A DNA stretch of 63,717 bases, filler included, from 4 parts of 4 records of this genome joined end to end with filler, not necessarily neighbours in it, one strand, 5' to 3'; counted from the first letter of the whole stretch, positions 49,858-62,987 are shown. Notes: a model not told the origin generated them from the letters alone. Numbers and translations are program-made.

Positions 49858-51618
49858 GTGCCGACCAGCGTGGCTAACATGAACCCGGCACCTGTCTCGG
49901 GCGTAGACTCGATCGCAAATCGCCTGGTTGCCAAGTTGACCACGCCGCCTCCAGAGCCGCTCCTCCAGCCATCAGTGTCCATCTCGGTGCCTGGCGTGCG
50001 CAAAGAGATCTACCAGACTCCCCCCAGAGAGGTTCTGAGGCAGATCTCGCCCATTATGTCGCCGGCCACCATATCCAAGAATGAGCTGAACGACGCGGCG
50101 CTGACGCTCAAATTTCTCTCAGAGGGTTGGAACAGCGTCGATGCCAAGGGCAAGACTAAGCGCCCGAGGAGCGAGCGCAGGGCATCGACGGGGATGGGCG
50201 TGTCCATGTTGACGGCGACGGGCGAGTGGGCTGGCAACGAGGATGGTGGGTATGGTGGCCATGATCGGCTGGATGACGAGACGCCCAGCCACTACTCGGG
50301 CAAGTCGAGGCGGGCCGCGTCTCGAAAGTGCGTCGCCATGATGAAGGAGGCGCTGTTCGAAGAGACGCAACTGGCTTCGGGGCCACCGTTGGCGGCGAGG
50401 TCGTCGTTCGGTACCAGCTCTTCGTTCACAGCGGGCCTGACAGTTCCCGGCACGGCGCTCAAGGGCTCCGGGGACTATGCCGGCGGGATGGACGCGACCG
50501 GCACGCCAGTGGCGTCGTTGAAAGCCAAGGGTGCGAAGAACGGTGTACCCAAGGTGTCGCTCAATAAGGGTTCGAAGAAGAAGTCATCGCCCGGGGGCGA
50601 TGGCCGCAAGCGGTCAAGGAACTACAGCGAGAACTCTCGGGTGGGGCGGGCCGTCCAGAATATCTACAAATACATCATCGAGCACCAGAAAACCTACTTA
50701 GACGGCGGCTCTAAGGGCGTGCCGGAACGCGTCATCCGCGAAGAGTATGGCAACAACCCCGACACGTCCAAGGCGCTCAGGTACCTGGTGTCCGAGAACC
50801 GCATCAACAAGGAGGGGGCTGGTGGCAGGAGGGACCCGTTCTCGTACACGATCAGGTCCGTGCCGCGGTCGTCGGCACAGACGGCCGACTATGACCCGAA
50901 GGACAAGAAGACGTCCCTGTTGCGCTCGCTCGGCATGCCACCCCCCGAGCTGTGCATCACGCCACGGGACGCGGCGTGCGCGAGTCCATTGGACGCAAAG
51001 CGTGGCGCGGAAGAAACCAGTGGATCTGACCCCGCTCCTGCCGTCGTTGGCGGAAGCTCGACCCCCCTCAGGGCCAAGCCTGCGGCCGACGCCTACAAGG
51101 CGAACGCACAGCCGACAGGAGCGGACGTCAGGCTGATTGATCCGCCTGCTCGAACGACCCATGAGCATCACCCGACCCTCGAAGCGTCTCCTGCCAAGGA
51201 AGCAGGAGACTCGGCGAGCGTGCCGAGTGGGTCGAGGCAGCAGGGCAAGTTTCAAAATACGCGCCTGTCTTTCGGAGACGAAGATGCCACGACGGGCAAC
51301 GCGAAGTCGATCAAGTCGATCAAGTCGATGGAGGCACTGCAGGAGCTACCGGCGCTGCCTACATTGCCGGCTCTTCCCACGCTGCCGTCCCTCGGATCGC
51401 TCCCAGTCCTGCCCCTTTTGAACTCTGCGGTGATGGACCCGGCCAAGGCAGCCGAGCTCCAGACCAGCTTCGTCAGCGCCGACAAGGAGACGCAGACGGC
51501 CATGATGGTGCAGGTTCAGACGGCCCTGATCAACCAGACGTTCGCCATGATGAGCCGGATTTCCAAGCAAGCCTCGGGCTCTGGCGCGGAAGCTCGTCCC
51601 ACCTCGGCCACCCAATAA
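49858..51618 (+). CDS. Low-complexity nuclear protein with a plant-type winged-helix-like domain (5' end uncertain)
   Basis: IREEYGNNPDTSKALRYLV...GAGGRRDPFSY resembles a conserved plant HTH motif; basic NLS-like stretches; TGTAA at 51636. Confidence 0.6.
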   Translation: MPTSVANMNPAPVSGVDSIANRLVAKLTTPPPEPLLQPSVSISVPGVRKEIYQTPPREVLRQISPIMSPATISKNELNDAALTLKFLSEGWNSVDAKGKTKRPRSERRASTGMGVSMLTATGEWAGNEDGGYGGHDRLDDETPSHYSGKSRRAASRKCVAMMKEALFEETQLASGPPLAARSSFGTSSSFTAGLTVPGTALKGSGDYAGGMDATGTPVASLKAKGAKNGVPKVSLNKGSKKKSSPGGDGRKRSRNYSENSRVGRAVQNIYKYIIEHQKTYLDGGSKGVPERVIREEYGNNPDTSKALRYLVSENRINKEGAGGRRDPFSYTIRSVPRSSAQTADYDPKDKKTSLLRSLGMPPPELCITPRDAACASPLDAKRGAEETSGSDPAPAVVGGSSTPLRAKPAADAYKANAQPTGADVRLIDPPARTTHEHHPTLEASPAKEAGDSASVPSGSRQQGKFQNTRLSFGDEDATTGNAKSIKSIKSMEALQELPALPTLPALPTLPSLGSLPVLPLLNSAVMDPAKAAELQTSFVSADKETQTAMMVQVQTALINQTFAMMSRISKQASGSGAEARPTSATQ

Positions 51619-51766
51619 AAATTTGCACCAGAATTTGTAAGTTACTCCCCAAAACGCCGCGCATTGGCGTCCATTTGTTAAGAATCCGACACAAGGACGA
51701 AAAGATCGTCGCAGCAACGCACAGAACGAGTTCCAACCACCCATCCGTCCCATTCACGTCGCGAAC

Positions 51767-52654
51767 ATGGCCAACGACGCCCAAGCCGTCTCCATCGCGA
51801 GCATCCGGCAATGCGACGACGTCGACGACAACGCCGTTGTTGTCAAGAACTTGACCTTTGCATTCCCGACCAGCGACTCGATCGTCGAGGACCTGAGCCT
51901 CGAGCTGCCCAAGGGCTCCAGAGCCATTCTGTGCGGGGCGAACGGGGCCGGAAAGACGACCCTCCTCCAGATTCTCGGCGGCAAGTACATGGTCGGACAG
52001 GACACCGTTCGGCTGCTGGGACGTCCCGCGTTCCACGACCTGCAGCTGGTGTCCTCAGGGGACGTCTCATTCCTGGGACCCACCTGGCGCCGGGACATCG
52101 CGTTCGCGGGTAAAAACGTGGCGCTCCAGGGCGACATATCGGCCGGAAAGATGATATTCGGCGTGGACGGCGTCGATCCGGACCGCCGGGACCGCCTGAT
52201 CCGCCTGCTGGACATCGACCTGAACTGGAGGCTGAACAAGGTGTCAGACGGCCAGCGTCGACGCGTGCAGATCGCCATGGGCCTGCTGAAACCATACAAG
52301 GTGCTGCTTTTGGACGAAATCACCGTTGACATGGACGTGGTCGGCCGCCTGGATCTGCTCCGCTTCTTCGAGGAGGAGTGTGCTGAACGGGGCGCCACCA
52401 TCATCTACGCCACGCACATCTTCGACGGCATGGAAAAGTGGGCCACGCACATCGCGTACTTGGAGAACGGCAAAATGATCCGTGGCGGACCCGCCGACAG
52501 CATCAAGGAGCTGAACTCGGGAACCAAGCTGCTCCACGTCGTCGAGGGCTGGCTCCGGACCGAGAAGGAGAACAGGCACAAGGCGGTCAAGGAAGCGCCC
52601 CCGAGGCGCACCGCACCGCTGATGCCCTCCAAGCACATGGCCTTCTACCGGTAG
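51767..52654 (+). CDS. Soluble ABC ATPase, ABCI19-21/CAF16-like
   Basis: GANGAGKT, VSDGQRRRVQI, LLLDEITVD and YATHIFDG motifs; no TMD. Confidence 0.92.
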   Translation: MANDAQAVSIASIRQCDDVDDNAVVVKNLTFAFPTSDSIVEDLSLELPKGSRAILCGANGAGKTTLLQILGGKYMVGQDTVRLLGRPAFHDLQLVSSGDVSFLGPTWRRDIAFAGKNVALQGDISAGKMIFGVDGVDPDRRDRLIRLLDIDLNWRLNKVSDGQRRRVQIAMGLLKPYKVLLLDEITVDMDVVGRLDLLRFFEEECAERGATIIYATHIFDGMEKWATHIAYLENGKMIRGGPADSIKELNSGTKLLHVVEGWLRTEKENRHKAVKEAPPRRTAPLMPSKHMAFYR

Positions 52655-52867
52655 ATGGTGTAACGATGTCATGGTCGTGCAATACGGCCGAGATGATGTC
52701 GGTTTTTTTGCCCATGATTGCCCTGATGATCATCATGAGGGCATCTACGATCGATCGAAGATGCCAAGAACAAACACGTCTCTCTCCCTCCATCCCGGTG
52801 CAATAAATACCTATCTAACTAACTAACTGTGGAAACGTCGTCGACCGAGGTTGTGGCGCAGTGACAG

Positions 52868-52910
52868 GCGCCTCTTGTGTTACACACGCGCCTCTTGTGT
52901 TACACACGCG
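52868..52910 (+). repeat. 20-bp tandem duplication GCGCCTCTTGTGTTACACAC x2
   Basis: Read directly upstream of 53004. Confidence 0.85.
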
Positions 52911-53003
52911 CGGTGTTTTTGAACCAATCCCGAACCTACCTTCCCTTGCCCGTAAAAGAGAGCCGACAGGCGCACAGAGGGAGATTGTGGTGCATAGAAC
53001 ACC

Positions 53004-53588
53004 ATGGAACCGCCGGAGGGAAGCACGCGCGTGATGGAAATCGCCAGCCGGTACCACGTCTTGAGCAAGCTCCGGAAAATCGTCAGAATCCTGTCTGTCG
53101 TGCAGCTCGTCTACGTCCTGTTCCGCACGCTCTGGAACTTGATCCCGGTGGCACTTGGATACGACCCGTTCAGTTGGATCGACGCGGGCATCCTCGTGTT
53201 CGGCGTGGTCCTGTACCAGCTGTTCCAATTCAGTTTCGGGTACGGGCGGAGCCAGTATGAAAAGCCGTGGGCCGTTCGAACGTACGGCGTCGGAAGCTTG
53301 CTGCTACTGGGCGAGTGCTTTGTGAGATTCTGGCTGTATCACGTGCAGTTTGGGCCGAATGCGTATGATCCGGAGGTGGCGGCGGTGTACCCGCGCATCC
53401 CAAAGTCGATTGCCATCGGGATCGGCGACCCGTACCTCCAGATGGTCGTGTTTCGGGCGGGCGACGTGTTTGAAAAGATCTTTGAGGTCGTCGGGCTGAT
53501 TTCCTGCACGGCGGGCGTCTACTTCCTGAGCGAGTACACGTCTTTGCGGCGGGAGGCAGAGGCGGAGGCCAACGAGAAACGCGAGTGA
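53004..53588 (+). CDS. Four-TM membrane protein, possibly jagunal-like
   Basis: Four hydrophobic segments; N-terminal IASRY...K...Q pattern; charged C-tail; TGTAA at 53606. Confidence 0.55.
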   Translation: MEPPEGSTRVMEIASRYHVLSKLRKIVRILSVVQLVYVLFRTLWNLIPVALGYDPFSWIDAGILVFGVVLYQLFQFSFGYGRSQYEKPWAVRTYGVGSLLLLGECFVRFWLYHVQFGPNAYDPEVAAVYPRIPKSIAIGIGDPYLQMVVFRAGDVFEKIFEVVGLISCTAGVYFLSEYTSLRREAEAEANEKRE

Positions 53589-54566
53589 GATTGTGCTTCC
53601 TCTCGTGTAACCAATGCACGGGCGCGATTCGTTGTCGCCGTCTCGTGCATGCAGGCGCGCGGCTTCATGGGGTCGTTGGTGGTAGACGGTATTTAAAGTG
53701 TAAGCATGGCCATCAAACCACAGGCATCGAGTATCTCTGTATGCAGCGAGAAGCCTTCCACAATAATGAACCCAGGAACGCACGGAGACCCCTAGACGCA
53801 ATTGATGCGTCTCATGCACTGCCAACAAGGAAGGCCGATGGATCCACCAGCAGCGTAGCATGTAGCAGAGATCTTCCGTGCGACAGTTCTGGAGATCACC
53901 TATACCTTTTCCGGGCTGGATGGCACGGGCTTTCCCGCTGGGGCGCTGTCCGATCAGAACGTCGAGGATTTTGTCCCTCTGCCTCTCCGTGAGAGCATCC
54001 TTGTCAAAGGTCAATCTCACACCATTCGCGTCAATACTCCTTTCGATGCGCTTCCTCAGCTTTTTTACTTTCGTGTCCATAGCACCGACCTGCACGAAGG
54101 TAAGGAGAAACAGCGCCAGCAAGAAAGTTGGGCGAATCATCTGGTGTCGGTAAATCTGGAAGTGCTCGAACGCGGAACGACAGGAAACCACAGGTCGCAA
54201 GGGAAGCAAGGTCAAATTCTGATCATTAGTGGGAATCGAATCACTCATTTCACCTATTCAAGCTCGAAAATACGTTTCGCCCCCCTCGATCGATGCTGTA
54301 CGGGAGGGGTCGTCACATATGGGCGACACTTGATGAATTCATCCAGAGGCAGTGACCGCATCCCGAGTGGGATCGCGACACCGGCACGCAAGTCGGACCA
54401 CCCTAGGTGCGATGTGTCCATCGTCGAGCGGTTCCGTTCGGTCCCAAAACGTGGCGTTCTCCGCCCAAACGACCCCAGCAACGGTCTGGACATTCTCCAG
54501 AGGGCTCGTCTTCACCCTGAACAAAAGACGACCGCACAGGCAACACCCCAACAAATGCATTGACAG

Positions 54567-55484
54567 TCACAGCTTGGTAAATTGTAACTTTTGTACGTGA
54601 CGAACGGGCTCTGTGACCCTGAGCACGATCGGGGCGAGCATGGCCCGGAGCTGCTCGTCGCTGCATCTCTGCGTCTCGTTCTCCTGTTGTTCCCTCTCTC
54701 TCTCGTACACGGCCTGCACATCTTCCAGCAAACTAACTTTCCGCTCAGGCGCAAGACTACCGACCATTTGCTCATCAATCAGGTCCATGACGACCCTCTT
54801 CGCCCTCCGCCATCGCTGCTGCCTGTTCCTGATCAAGATCTCGTCAAAGTCTACCGTCCGTTCCTCGAGATCCGCCTTCCGCTTGCCCCGATCGGGCCTT
54901 CTCCTTCGCTGGTCTTCGCTTCCAACATCTCCTTGATCATCTCCAGCATCTTCCACACGGTGATCCTCTCCACCCTTCTCTTTGAACCTGTCCTCCCACC
55001 AGTCCAGCGCGGACGCCCTCGAAGCCGCGCCCGAGTACACGGGCAACGCAGGCCCCTTTCCCCGACCAAAGATGGCCTTCTCCTGCTCCAGAGCCCGCTC
55101 GTTCGCCCAATCCCACACGGCCCGTCCCCTTTCCTGCCCCAACATCTTGAGCGCCTCCTCCACGGACATGAGCCCGTCCCGACCCTTGAGATTCATGAGC
55201 ATGCATACGGCGTGCTGCACCTGCAGACGATGCACCAGAGACCGCCGCCTCTCTCTGCCGACCACCGCCCCAGGCACATACGTCACGTCAACCTCCTTGA
55301 AAGCCTTGTTCGGCACCCGACGCTGGAGCTCTCGACACATTCTCAGCCAGTCGAGGCACGGGGACTCGCTGCGTGGCCGCGAGACGAGCATCCCGAGCCA
55401 AGAGGACGGCGATGAGGACAAGGACGAGGGTGTAGTCCCCTGTGCGCCCGAGTCGGCACGGCCCGAGCGTTGTGGGTGGTCCAT
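54567..55484 (-). CDS. Hypothetical protein
   Basis: Long ORF with a charged helical C-half; no family recognised; first ATG 55484. Confidence 0.6.
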   Translation of the reverse strand: MDHPQRSGRADSGAQGTTPSSLSSSPSSWLGMLVSRPRSESPCLDWLRMCRELQRRVPNKAFKEVDVTYVPGAVVGRERRRSLVHRLQVQHAVCMLMNLKGRDGLMSVEEALKMLGQERGRAVWDWANERALEQEKAIFGRGKGPALPVYSGAASRASALDWWEDRFKEKGGEDHRVEDAGDDQGDVGSEDQRRRRPDRGKRKADLEERTVDFDEILIRNRQQRWRRAKRVVMDLIDEQMVGSLAPERKVSLLEDVQAVYEREREQQENETQRCSDEQLRAMLAPIVLRVTEPVRHVQKLQFTKL

Positions 55485-55508
55485 TTTTTTCAATTCTTCA
55501 CCGCCGAA

Positions 55509-56648
55509 ATGAACGTTCTGGTGCCCCGCAGCACCTTTCAGGCAGGCTGCATTCGATCAGATCGACCAGGTCGATCGATCCACGCCGCGCCTCCACGCCG
55601 ATGGCACCTGAACGCGGCGCCGCAGGATGACGTCGAGGTCAAGCGGGACCAACCAGACCAAGTCTTGAGGACGATATCTGACAACGGACAGGTGAGTGCT
55701 GGCGAGCATGATACCACCTCGACGACTCCATCTCGCTCACTCTTTACGCACGCACGCACGCACGCGCGCCAGGTCTCCATCATCGTCGTCAATGGGACCA
55801 GGTTGGTCCAGGAAGCCGTCGACAGGCACCAGACGGCGCCGACCGCCTCCGCTGCCTTGGGCCGTGCGCTGCTTGGAACGCTCATGATGTCTTGCTTCCG
55901 TGGCGAGGGGGAGAAAACGCAGGTCTCATTCCGGGGCAACGGGCCGTTTGGACAGATTCAGGTGATCGCAGAGTCTCAGGGGGTGGTCAAGGGGCTCATC
56001 ACAAACCCCGACGTCAATTTTCCGCTCAGAGAGTCGGACAAGAAGCTGGACGTGTCCCAGGGGGTTGGGCGCGGAGTACTGTCCGTGGTGCGATCGTTGC
56101 CTATGAATGAGGTCGGTAGCACGGTGGTGCCGTACACGGGCATGGTGCCCATCGTGAGCGGGGAGATTGCCGAGGATCTTGCGACGTACCTGGCGGATAG
56201 CGAGCAGACACAGAGTGCGCTCGGTCTCGGGGTCTCTGTTGGGCGGGATCTATCCATCGAGGCTGCTGGAGGGTTCCTGGTTCAGGTGTTGCCGTTTGCC
56301 GAGGACGCGACAATCGAGCAGCTGGAGAAGAACATTGGCAAGGCGGGGTCCATGTCCAAGATGCTCAAGGACGGGCTGAGCCCGAAACAAATTACCGAAA
56401 TATTGTTGGAGGGGTTGGGGTCTGGAGGAGAGGGGTTCTCGCTCGTGCCGAGGTATGGGCCGTGCGACGAGAAGGATCTCCAGGAGCGGATGAAAAAGGC
56501 GGTGGCGGCGCTCGGGGTGGACGAGGTCAAGGCCATCATCGAGGAGCAGGGGATGATCGAAGTGACATGCGAGTTTTGCAAGAGCACGTATCGATTCGAC
56601 GAGGCGGACGTGATGAGACACGTCCAGGATGGCGACTTTTCACCGTAG
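55509..56648 (+). CDS. HSP33: Plastid Hsp33 redox chaperone; intron 55692-55772
   Basis: SAALGRAL, SGEIAEDLATYLADSEQ, AAGGFLVQVLP and CEFC motifs; 81-bp GTGAGT..CAG intron. Confidence 0.92.
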   Translation: MNVLVPRSTFQAGCIRSDRPGRSIHAAPPRRWHLNAAPQDDVEVKRDQPDQVLRTISDNGQVSAGEHDTTSTTPSRSLFTHARTHARQVSIIVVNGTRLVQEAVDRHQTAPTASAALGRALLGTLMMSCFRGEGEKTQVSFRGNGPFGQIQVIAESQGVVKGLITNPDVNFPLRESDKKLDVSQGVGRGVLSVVRSLPMNEVGSTVVPYTGMVPIVSGEIAEDLATYLADSEQTQSALGLGVSVGRDLSIEAAGGFLVQVLPFAEDATIEQLEKNIGKAGSMSKMLKDGLSPKQITEILLEGLGSGGEGFSLVPRYGPCDEKDLQERMKKAVAALGVDEVKAIIEEQGMIEVTCEFCKSTYRFDEADVMRHVQDGDFSP

Positions 56649-56814
56649 ATGAGGGGGGCAGATTTTATTTGCAAGGAATTCCTCGTGCTGTGTGTCACAA
56701 TCTCTCATACTCTCATACACTCATACACTCATACACTCATACATCGTATCGAGTGCCGGGTGGTCTCGGTGGTGGTGGTGGTGAGGCGCTCGCGCTTTTG
56801 ATTTAGGAGACGGG

Positions 56815-57892
56815 ATGGGCGATCCGAACCAGATTTTTGGTGGGGGGGACTGCGACACGCTCGGCGCCTTCCTGGACCGGGCGGCGACGCAGAGGATACA
56901 GCTCGGGGTCCCGGTACGTCGCCGAGGACACGCCTGACGCGTTGCCTGGTTCGATGTCCTCACTGTCGCACGCTCCCGCGCCCCGGCAACGCCAGGTCTT
57001 GGACCGAGCCGCGGAGGGCCCGTTCGCCAGGGCCGACGTGGTCGAACTGTGTGGGCCGGCGGGGTCGGGAAAGACGGAGTTTCTCTACGCCGCCGCGATT
57101 TCTAACGTGCTCCAGGCTTCCAACCGTCACGTGGTGTATTTGGACCTCGACTATAAGTTTGAACCGTACCGGGTGTCGTACCTGCTCCAGCATCGGCTAC
57201 AGGAGGATACCGGGGGGCACAGCAAGGGAGAGATCAGTGTCAAGGAGGGGGTGGGGGGCCAGCCGCAGGGTGCCTCGGCAAACGCCGAGGAGGATCGGCG
57301 CCGGCGGAGGGAAAAAGTGAACGAGACCTGCGAGCGGCTTCATGTTTTCAGCTGCTCCAGCAGCCTGCAGTTCCTCGCGACGCTGAAGGTCCTCGCGACA
57401 GACTTTGTGCCCTCTCTGTACGATCGCGGGGGCACGCTCGGGGCGATCGTCGTGGACAACGTCTCGGCCTACTGGGACGTCCTGCAGGAGCTCAAGTCGA
57501 GCTACGTCGGCTCCTCGCGGGCATCCAAGTCACGGGGTGGGTTGGAGCAGCTGTCGATCGTCGAGGCCATCGTTCACAGCCTGATAGAACTGCGGAGCAT
57601 GTGCGACGTGCCCATCATCCTTTCGAGAAGGGTTGCCCGGGAAGAGTTTCACGAGGTGGGCAACAGGCAGTGGAACGATTTCGTGGTGAAGCGCGCGAGT
57701 CTGGGATGCACGCTGTCGCGCGGCCAGTCGTCGGGCCGCGGCGGGGATCGGCGAGATGGGTATCCACGAGGCCCTCGGCCCGGGCGCTCGGCGCCCGCCG
57801 ATACCCGGGAACTAGAGCGGTCGATCCGCTGGGTCAAGGGCGAACGGGGCTCGACCACGTTTATCGTCCACGCGTCTCACGGGATCCTGTGA
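56815..57892 (+). CDS. XRCC2: RAD51 paralog XRCC2-like; exons 56815-56913 and 56996-57892
   Basis: Walker A GPAGSGKT, YLDLDYKF, CSSSLQFLATL, Walker B IVVDNVSAYW. An 82-bp GTACGT..CAG intron joins LGVP|VLDR. Confidence 0.75.
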
Positions 57893-57938
57893 CGCTTCTT
57901 ACACCCTAACCTAATTTTTCACCGCAACGCGACCCGCA

Positions 57939-59893
<1,955 letters not shown>

Positions 59894-60017
59894 GGTAGAT
59901 GAATACTTAAGAGTGCGTGGCGGGGCCGAAGAGGCCAAAGCGAGTCTGGCCGCGAAGACGGATTGGAGCCTCGGTGGGTATAGGAATCTTACATGGGCTC
60001 ATTCATCTTCATCACCG

Positions 60018-61111
60018 CTACTCGAGGCAGTTTCCTCCACCTGTTGAAAGGAACGAGACAGGTCGGGGCGTGAGTGGAGTGCGCGGCGTTCGTCGGGTGC
60101 GTGGCGTGGTGCAGAGGGTAGAGTGGGGTGGGGGAGGGCGGGGAGACGTACTGAAGCAGACAGAGCAGAATATGATGACTGCGATGAGGATCACGATGAG
60201 CAGCACGATGAGCTGCACCTTGAAGTTCTGCCACCACATCTTGTTCCGCAGTGTCCGTCCCGTCTTGTGAAATTTATCCGCCTGGAACCGGAGGTTGTCC
60301 GTCCTGAGTGGGTGAAGGCGGCGATGCGGCGTTGGTCAGTTTGTCAGCTGCTGTCAACGGGAGTCGTGCCATTCGAGTGCCGAGAAGGAGAGGAATACTC
60401 GAGACAGAATCTAACGCAAACACGCACTTATCCACCAGGAGCTCAATCTTCTCGCCCCGCTCGAGCACCCGCTCGATGTTCTCAACCATGATGCCTTTGA
60501 CCTCGTCAACCTTCTTCTGCACTTCTGCTGCTTTGGAGACTTCGTCGGGGTGCGTTTCGCAGTATTCCATCCAGTATTTCAGGCGTGCACCGAAGCTTCT
60601 GTCAAGGGCATGGGCAGAGGCGGATGCGCCCTTGTCGGCCCACTTGGCAAACCATTCGTCCCGGACCTTTTCGAGAAAGGCGAAGGGGATGGTCCTCCCG
60701 TAGGCGTCGTCGGCGACGCATAGGAACGTGTACCCCTGGGAGGAGAGGTAGTTGAATGCTGCGGGTGTCGGCGAGCGGGGTTGGTAAGGGCGGGTGGGTG
60801 CGTTTGTGGTGGTGCGCACCACCTCGCCGGTCTGCGTCGTCGAGACGCGTGGGCCGCGGGTGGACGATCCCAATGGGTCCCCGCTCCCTCCACGACCGGG
60901 GAGCGGCGTCGTCCGGCCGTCACCCGTTGAAGTACGGTGTGTTGATCTACGTACTGTGTCCGTCACACGAGTAGGTGAACTTGGCGTTGTTTCCCTGACC
61001 ACCTCGTTCCAACGCCTGGACCGCGATGACGCCAAAATTGCCCGTGTAGGCGGTGTAGTCCGCGAGGACGGTGTTTGTGCCTCGTGATACGAAGGCGTAT
61101 ATGAGAGGCAT
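60018..61111 (-). CDS. Longin R-SNARE VAMP72-like; exons 61111-60955, 60758-60428, 60303-60152, 60040-60018
   Basis: Spliced product MPLIYAFVSRG...FTYSCDGH|TFNYL...VLERGEKIELLVD|KTDNLRFQA...MWWQNFK-TM; three GT..AG introns. Confidence 0.9.
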
Positions 61112-61159
61112 GTGTCCACGGTTACTGTCCGAGTTTAGGCGAAAAAAATTGGGGACAAG

Positions 61160-62689
61160 TCAGATGAATCCGGTCGTCCCGCAGCAGGAGGGGGCTTCCA
61201 TGAACCTGACGTCCAGCTCGTCGGTCGGATCCACGTTGCCACTGGCACCGCCGGTGTGGATGGAGCCGGCCTTTTCTCCGGTATGGCCGAAAAGGAGGGT
61301 GCCGACCATGAAGCCAAATACGACGGCCAGGATGATGCCGATGTTGAACGTCATGACGATGAGCATGAGCATGTAGTCCAGGAAGACGATGATCCCGGTG
61401 AACATCGAGCGGATGGCATTGCGCTTGAACTGGGGCTTGGAGAAGGCGCACCAGGAGAAGAGCACGTGGAAGGTCGTGGAGAGGAGGTTCGGCTTGCGGG
61501 TTTGGACGTCCTCTGACTGGGCACCCCTGCTTCCGGAGGAGGAGGATGGGCTCGACACTGCGTTATCCGCAGACGATCCGGGGAGCTCGCTCGGCCCCCC
61601 CGCCCCGCCCCCACAGCACGCCGGTGGGGTTTTCGCGGCTTTGTCCATGCCGTCAATGTCCAAGCTCTCCACATTGCTTCCGCACGCCATGTTTCGGCAG
61701 GGAAGGATTGGCCTTCTGGATGCCCAGATGATTTCTTGCTCAATCTTGGCGGCCTTCAGGTACTGGCAGAGTACCGCCGCGGCAAAGCACGCCACCAGCG
61801 TTCCAAAGTAGTACCCCCCGTCCGTCGGCACCCACTCCTTGATCAGTACGATATCTGTGATGCCCGTGTGGAGCCACATGCGCATCGGCGGTAGGTAGTT
61901 GTCCGAGTTCATATCGGCCGCGCAGAGTCCGTTCAGCGAGTCCCCGTCGCTGCTCACCACACTGCACATCGAGAAAAACTGCTTGCAGTCGGCCATCGAC
62001 GGCATTCCCAGGCAAAGCTGGGAGAGCGTGTCAAACGGATTGGGACACTTGGCCGCCGTCGTGCACGTTTCGCACCCCACCATCCCATGCGAGGAGCACA
62101 TGGAGAGGACAGCGTCCGTGGCTTCCCGCGTGGTCGGGGCGTACGGGATGGGTGGGTAGTTCTTGCACTGCGGCACCAGGGACCCCGACCGACATAAACT
62201 GGTGTAGGTGCTGCAGTCTCTCATGGCCGGCATCTCGTCGCAAATCGTCGCCAGCAGAGTAAACGGTTGGCAGTAGGCACTCGAAGATGCAGAGGCATCG
62301 CACGCCGTCTGCAGGGAGCAACCCACCATGTTGGGCATGTCCTGGAGAAGAAGGACGGGTTGGCGAGTCAGTGAGCCGGCAAGTCGGCGAGTCTATGTCG
62401 AGGAGGTCAGCCAGTTCACGCGCGGGGAAGACCCGTCGTCTATTCACCAGAGCGACTTTCGACGTACAACACACAACGCATCCAGGCCGGCCCCGACCAC
62501 CGCGTCTGGGAGCGCAAACGACGCGCACGCCATGGACGTTGGATCGGCAATGCATGCGTCCGTCGCAGGATCGGCACTAGCCTGCGCGCGGCTGCCGGTG
62601 GCCAGGCACAGGGCGACGGTCAGTGCGCCCAAGCAGGCCTCCCAGCGCCAACGGCGAAGCGGGGATGATACCTGGGAACGCGTCGTCAT
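61160..62689 (-). CDS. CTR: CTR-family copper transporter with Cys/Met-rich ectodomain; exons 62689-62468 and 62341-61160
   Basis: Signal peptide, CxxMxxMxxC repeats, MxxxM (MLIVM) followed by GxxxG; 126-bp intron. Confidence 0.88.
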
Positions 62690-62987
62690 CCTCGGCCCTT
62701 GGCGTTGTCTCAGACAACGGAGTATGTCAATAGAAACGAGAGGTATCGATTAGGCCACACAGAACGCCCGTGTCCCTGTCGGAGTCACGACTCGGGGAAA
62801 TGCCGAGAATTCGTCAAGCGCGTCACGACCCTCGGCGCAGATGTGCGTGTGACCCGAACGGTGACTCGATCGCCAATTCCAGACGAGCAGATGATGCACA
62901 CCGCGGATATTATTGATTTGAAGCCTGTCGTTCTCTCGTGTTTTTCCACACATCAAGGTTGATCAACCGCGGGCCAAACGATGAGAC

